Positions 59,167-64,000 of a DNA stretch of 64,000 nucleotides are shown here, one piece after another. How positions within the stretch are numbered: the first letter of the stretch is position 1; each line of letters opens with the position of its first letter. The notes below the pieces were generated by a model. That model was given only the letters and a program-made list of their open reading frames with translations. It made no database searches and was not told the DNA's origin. The position numbers and the translations under genes are program-made. Source of the stretch: Candidatus Latescibacterota bacterium (lineage in GTDB: Bacteria; Latescibacterota; UBA2968; GCA-2709665). The DNA lies in contig OZ252100.1 of NCBI GenBank assembly GCA_965248435.1, positions 544,001 through 608,000 of the forward strand. The letters are read 5' to 3'.

Positions 59167-60115
59167 GCAGAGTTACGGGTATCCACGTCTCAGGGCGTAT
59201 CCTCCGTCTTGTCTGTCTGGAAGCCGGTCCGGACGGTCTCCACCTGCGCGCCCTACTTGAAGCAAGCCTGCCGCTGGAGTTTCGGTCCGAAGTACTCCGG
59301 GATCCGAATGCCAGGAATGGGCTTGTGAAGGGCATTGAAGAGACCGTCTCTTCGATCGATGAAGATCTTGGAGTAGTGGTCACCTGCCTGAATGGCGGAC
59401 TCTACCACATTCAGAAGGTCCCTCTTGAAGTCGCTTCCGCAGAGGACCAGAGGGACCAGATCGACTGGGAGGCCTCGCAGGCCTTGATTTCCCCCCGAGT
59501 CGACTACATTGTAGACTTCTACCCCGCAGGTCGGGTCGCGTTCTGGGTCGCGCTCAGAAGGGAAGTCGTGGACCTTTGTACAGACATTTATGCATCCGCG
59601 GGGATCTCGGTGAGCCTCTTTCAAGTGGAGCCGATCGCCCTGTTTTATGCCTGTCAGATGGCAGGCGTTTGGACAGGCGACCCCAGGGCAGCCATCCTGA
59701 TTGGAAATCCGTGGCTTTCTTTTATAGCGGCGAAGAATACGACGCTCACGGCGGCCGAAACGGTATCCGTAGACTGCCGCCTTCCTGATGAGCCGTTTGA
59801 GAAAAACGGTCGGGGCCCACGCGTCCTGGAGCAACAAGGGCGATTCGAGATCACCAGGCAGTGGATCTACGGCGACCTGTCTCCGGATCTTCGCCGCCCG
59901 ATCTATGAGGAAGTCTTCTTCTGTGGAGAACAAGAGCAGACGCTGCCGCTCGTAAGACTGTTCGAAAACGAGACGCCAAAGATGAGGGCCCTTAACCCAC
60001 TTTCAGCTTGCGAGGTTGAAGGCCTCAAAGCGTCGAACCGTCAATTTCTCCGCCACGAGAGCAGCTTCAGCATCGCTGCGGGCTTGGCCTACAGAGGATT
60101 AGAAAGGGATTCATC

Positions 60116-60119
<4 letters not shown>
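59163..60119 (+). CDS. divergent PilM-like (actin-fold) protein
   Basis: GIHVSGRILRLVCL, QIDWEASQAL...YIVDF, VEPIAL, VFFCG, FSIAAGLAYR echo PilM motifs. Confidence 0.6.
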
Positions 60120-61625
<1,506 letters not shown>

Positions 61626-62765
61626 ATGGCTCAAGTTCTCCAGGATTGGTTGACACTGCTTTCCGTACCCGGCCTGGGCCCAACCGCTTTTGCAGAACTA
61701 CTTCAACGGTTCGAAACGCCCGGGGACGTCCTTCAGACCCCCTATAGCCGGCTGCGCCAGGACTCTGGCATTCCCGACGACGTCGCGAGCGCCATCGCGG
61801 AGCGCCAAGATCCGGCGTGGGCTGAGCGTCAGATCGACACTGCCTCGCGTGAATCGATCCAAATCCTCACCTTCTCTGATCCGGAATACCCACAACTTCT
61901 GAATCAGATCCACGCCCCTCCCCCGATCCTCTTTGTGAAAGGGGACGTCTCTCTCCTATGCGAACCCACGGTTGCAGTTGTCGGTTCGCGCTCCTTTACG
62001 ACATACGGTCGCGACAACGCACGCCACTTCGCCGGCCAGCTTGCAGCGCGCGGGGTCACAGTTATCAGCGGCATGGCCAAGGGCATCGATGCAGAGGCCC
62101 ATCGCGGCGCCCTGGCAGTCGATGGCCACACGGCCGCCGTCCTGGGAAGCGGACTCGACCATCCCTACCCGTCCCAGAACCTGCAGCTGTTCGAAGAGAT
62201 CTGCGAACGAGGTGTCGTCGTCTCCGAATTCCCCCTCGGCACACGCCCCGAGCCCCACAATTTCCCACGACGCAACCGGGTCCTCAGCGGCCTCAGCCTG
62301 GGTGTCCTCGTCGTTGAAGCCGGAGACCGGAGCGGCGCGCTCATTACGGCCCGGCACGCCCTCGAACAGAACAGGGAGGTCTTTGCCGTACCCGGACCGA
62401 TCCATTCCGGAAGGAGTTTTGGAACGCATCAGCTCATCAAGCAGGGCGCGGTTCTGGTGGAACAGATCGAGGACATCCTCTCTGAACTCAATTCGTCGCT
62501 GCCCCTGACCAGACTAAGACCGGCCTTGACGCTGTCTCCGGTTTGCGAGCAGGGGCTTTCCAACGAGGAGATCAAGGTCCTTGACTGTCTCACCGCGAAC
62601 GAGCCTCACCACATCGACGTCATATCGACCGAAGCCGACTTCACGGTCGAGAAGGCCCTCGGGATTCTCCTCGGCCTTGAGCTATCGGACTTTGTGGAGC
62701 AGCTTCCGGGGAAACGGTTCGTGCTTAAGAGGACGGCGAACCTCGGACCACAGACGGCGAGATGA
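61626..62765 (+). CDS. dprA: DNA-processing protein DprA
   Basis: VAVVGSR, ISGMAKGID, NFPRRNRVLSGLS, VEAGDRSGALITA, GTHQLIKQGA. Confidence 0.97.
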   Translation: MAQVLQDWLTLLSVPGLGPTAFAELLQRFETPGDVLQTPYSRLRQDSGIPDDVASAIAERQDPAWAERQIDTASRESIQILTFSDPEYPQLLNQIHAPPPILFVKGDVSLLCEPTVAVVGSRSFTTYGRDNARHFAGQLAARGVTVISGMAKGIDAEAHRGALAVDGHTAAVLGSGLDHPYPSQNLQLFEEICERGVVVSEFPLGTRPEPHNFPRRNRVLSGLSLGVLVVEAGDRSGALITARHALEQNREVFAVPGPIHSGRSFGTHQLIKQGAVLVEQIEDILSELNSSLPLTRLRPALTLSPVCEQGLSNEEIKVLDCLTANEPHHIDVISTEADFTVEKALGILLGLELSDFVEQLPGKRFVLKRTANLGPQTAR

Positions 62766-62855
62766 ATAACGCGATCGTTGGTGTTTTGAGCGGTCTGTAG
62801 TCTGCCGTCGTGGCTAGCTTCTTTTTTGCACCACGGCACACTTCCTTAGGCCACT

Positions 62856-62887
62856 AAAAAACCCTCCGTCAATCAAGACGAAGGGCC
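62856..62887 (-). terminator. lexA terminator
   Basis: Minus strand GGCCCTTCGTC-TTGATT-GACGGAGGG followed by a T run. Confidence 0.7.
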
Positions 62888-62918
62888 AAACAGGTTTCCA
62901 GACCAGAGGCTGGAGGAC

Positions 62919-63548
62919 TCAGAGGCGACGCATCAGGCCGACGATTTTCCCCGCTATCCGAAAGGCCTCGCGATGTACATCGACCACGATCGGTTCGAAC
63001 GCCTCGTTCTCGGGGACAAGGCGCACGCGGCGCCCCTCCCGATAGTAACGCTTGACCGTGGCCTCCTCGCCGATCACCGCCACGACGATGTCGCCCGACT
63101 CCGCGTTCTCCTGCTGCCTGGCGAGCACATAATCTCCATCCAAGATCCCCGCGTTCCGCATGCTCTCCCCCCTCACGTGAAGCGCAAAGACTGTTTCGGA
63201 AGGAAGAAAAGAGCTGTCGACAACGAGCGTCCCCTCCAGATTCTCCTGGGCTAAAATCGGTTCGCCCGCGGCCACTCGGCCAATCACTGGAACCTCCCGG
63301 ACCTCTGTCGTCTGGGAAACCTCTCGTTCCACGTAGTCGGTCAGTTCGATGCCGCGGGAGAGCATCGGCCTCCGCCGGATATACCCCTTCTTTTCGAGGG
63401 CGGCAAGTGTGGTTCTAACCCCATTTGTGGAGGCGATCCGAAACGCTTCCATGATTTCCCGAATCGTAGGCGGGAATCCCTTATCCCGAATCGACTCCGC
63501 CACAAATTCGAAGATTTCGCTCTGTCTGTCCGTCAATTTTCCGCGCAT
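62919..63548 (-). CDS. lexA: SOS repressor LexA
   Basis: LTDRQ, GFPPTIREI, GRVAAGEP (Ala-Gly cleavage site), GESM (Ser), ATVK (Lys). Confidence 0.97.
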   Translation of the reverse strand: MRGKLTDRQSEIFEFVAESIRDKGFPPTIREIMEAFRIASTNGVRTTLAALEKKGYIRRRPMLSRGIELTDYVEREVSQTTEVREVPVIGRVAAGEPILAQENLEGTLVVDSSFLPSETVFALHVRGESMRNAGILDGDYVLARQQENAESGDIVVAVIGEEATVKRYYREGRRVRLVPENEAFEPIVVDVHREAFRIAGKIVGLMRRL

Positions 63549-63610
63549 TGCAGAACCCCCGGAGATGGAACTGATCCGCGTGGTGGGCGCCCCCACTAGG
63601 TGCACGTTTG

Positions 63611-63639
63611 AATATAGTGCACATAAGTGCAATCGTCAA
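63611..63639 (-). promoter_or_regulatory. lexA promoter with SOS box TGCAC-ATAA-GTGCA (63618-63631) in the spacer
   Basis: Minus strand TTGACG-N17-TATATT; a perfect palindrome fills the spacer. Confidence 0.85.
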
Positions 63640-63782
63640 GCTGCAATTTTCAAAACCGGTTGAAAAATAACGAGATCCTTAGACTCCCTCCCCTCGCGGC
63701 ACCCAACCCCTAGAACCGTTTTCCTACACTACTTTTGTTGCAACTACTTGTATGACAAAAGGTTATTTCAGCGACAAACGGC

Positions 63783-63810
63783 TTGACAGGGGGTTGCGCG
63801 CCAGTATATT
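63783..63810 (+). promoter_or_regulatory. sigma70 promoter
   Basis: TTGACA-N16-TATATT upstream of the terminal ORF. Confidence 0.65.
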
Positions 63811-63859
63811 TAGACATTCCCGAATCAAAGGAGCTCGATCGAGCCCATTGGAGAAGGAT

Positions 63860-64000
63860 TTGAAACGGCTGAGCTATTCCGAATGGACGAACTTTGGCTG
63901 GGAAGGGGCATTCCTGCACATCCCTCGGGCGTGGAATCCAGGCAGTATTACGGGCGACAGAAAATCTGGCAGCGTCCGTCTGGATGATCGAAAGATGGCA
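63860..64000 (+). CDS. hypothetical protein, 3'-truncated by the window edge
   Basis: GGAGAAGGA RBS then TTG; open to the end: MKRLSYSEWTNFGWEGAFLHIPRAWNPGSITGDRKSGSVRLDD... Confidence 0.6.
   Translation, partial: MKRLSYSEWTNFGWEGAFLHIPRAWNPGSITGDRKSGSVRLDDRKMA

Overview
64-kb chromosomal segment of a GC-rich diderm bacterium. SprA, GldA/F/G and a Fibrobacter-type LexA box, together with canonical Shine-Dalgarno and TTGACA/TATAAT signals, point to a non-Bacteroidota member of the FCB superphylum (e.g. Latescibacterota-like; this is inference). From left to right it holds: (1) a coupled NTT-HEAT nucleotide-transporter-like / cNMP-binding / atypical secretin operon, followed by a sigma54-type outer-membrane barrel gene; (2) a cytoplasmic HK / RR-HisKA / helical-repeat signalling trio; (3) nrdR-nrdJ with tandem NrdR boxes; (4) a PufC-like tetraheme cytochrome, a CapD-like enzyme, a phosphodiesterase, tRNA-His, tRNA-Arg and map; (5) an Rrf2 regulator with two visible operators upstream of DUF899 and an MMPL / LolA-like / OM-barrel export module; (6) a 13-kb co-oriented array of about 21 small GNAT/NUDIX/HAD-type genes with several decayed members; (7) a Gld-type ABC system, manC, nth, PilZ, TetR, HD and M23 genes; (8) lptFG divergent from sprA-comEA-pilM-like-coaD-obgE-dprA, then lexA. 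At least eight reading-frame lesions and deletion scars are visible, one in normally essential lptG, so some are probably consensus errors. No CRISPR array, rRNA, integrase or transposase was seen.
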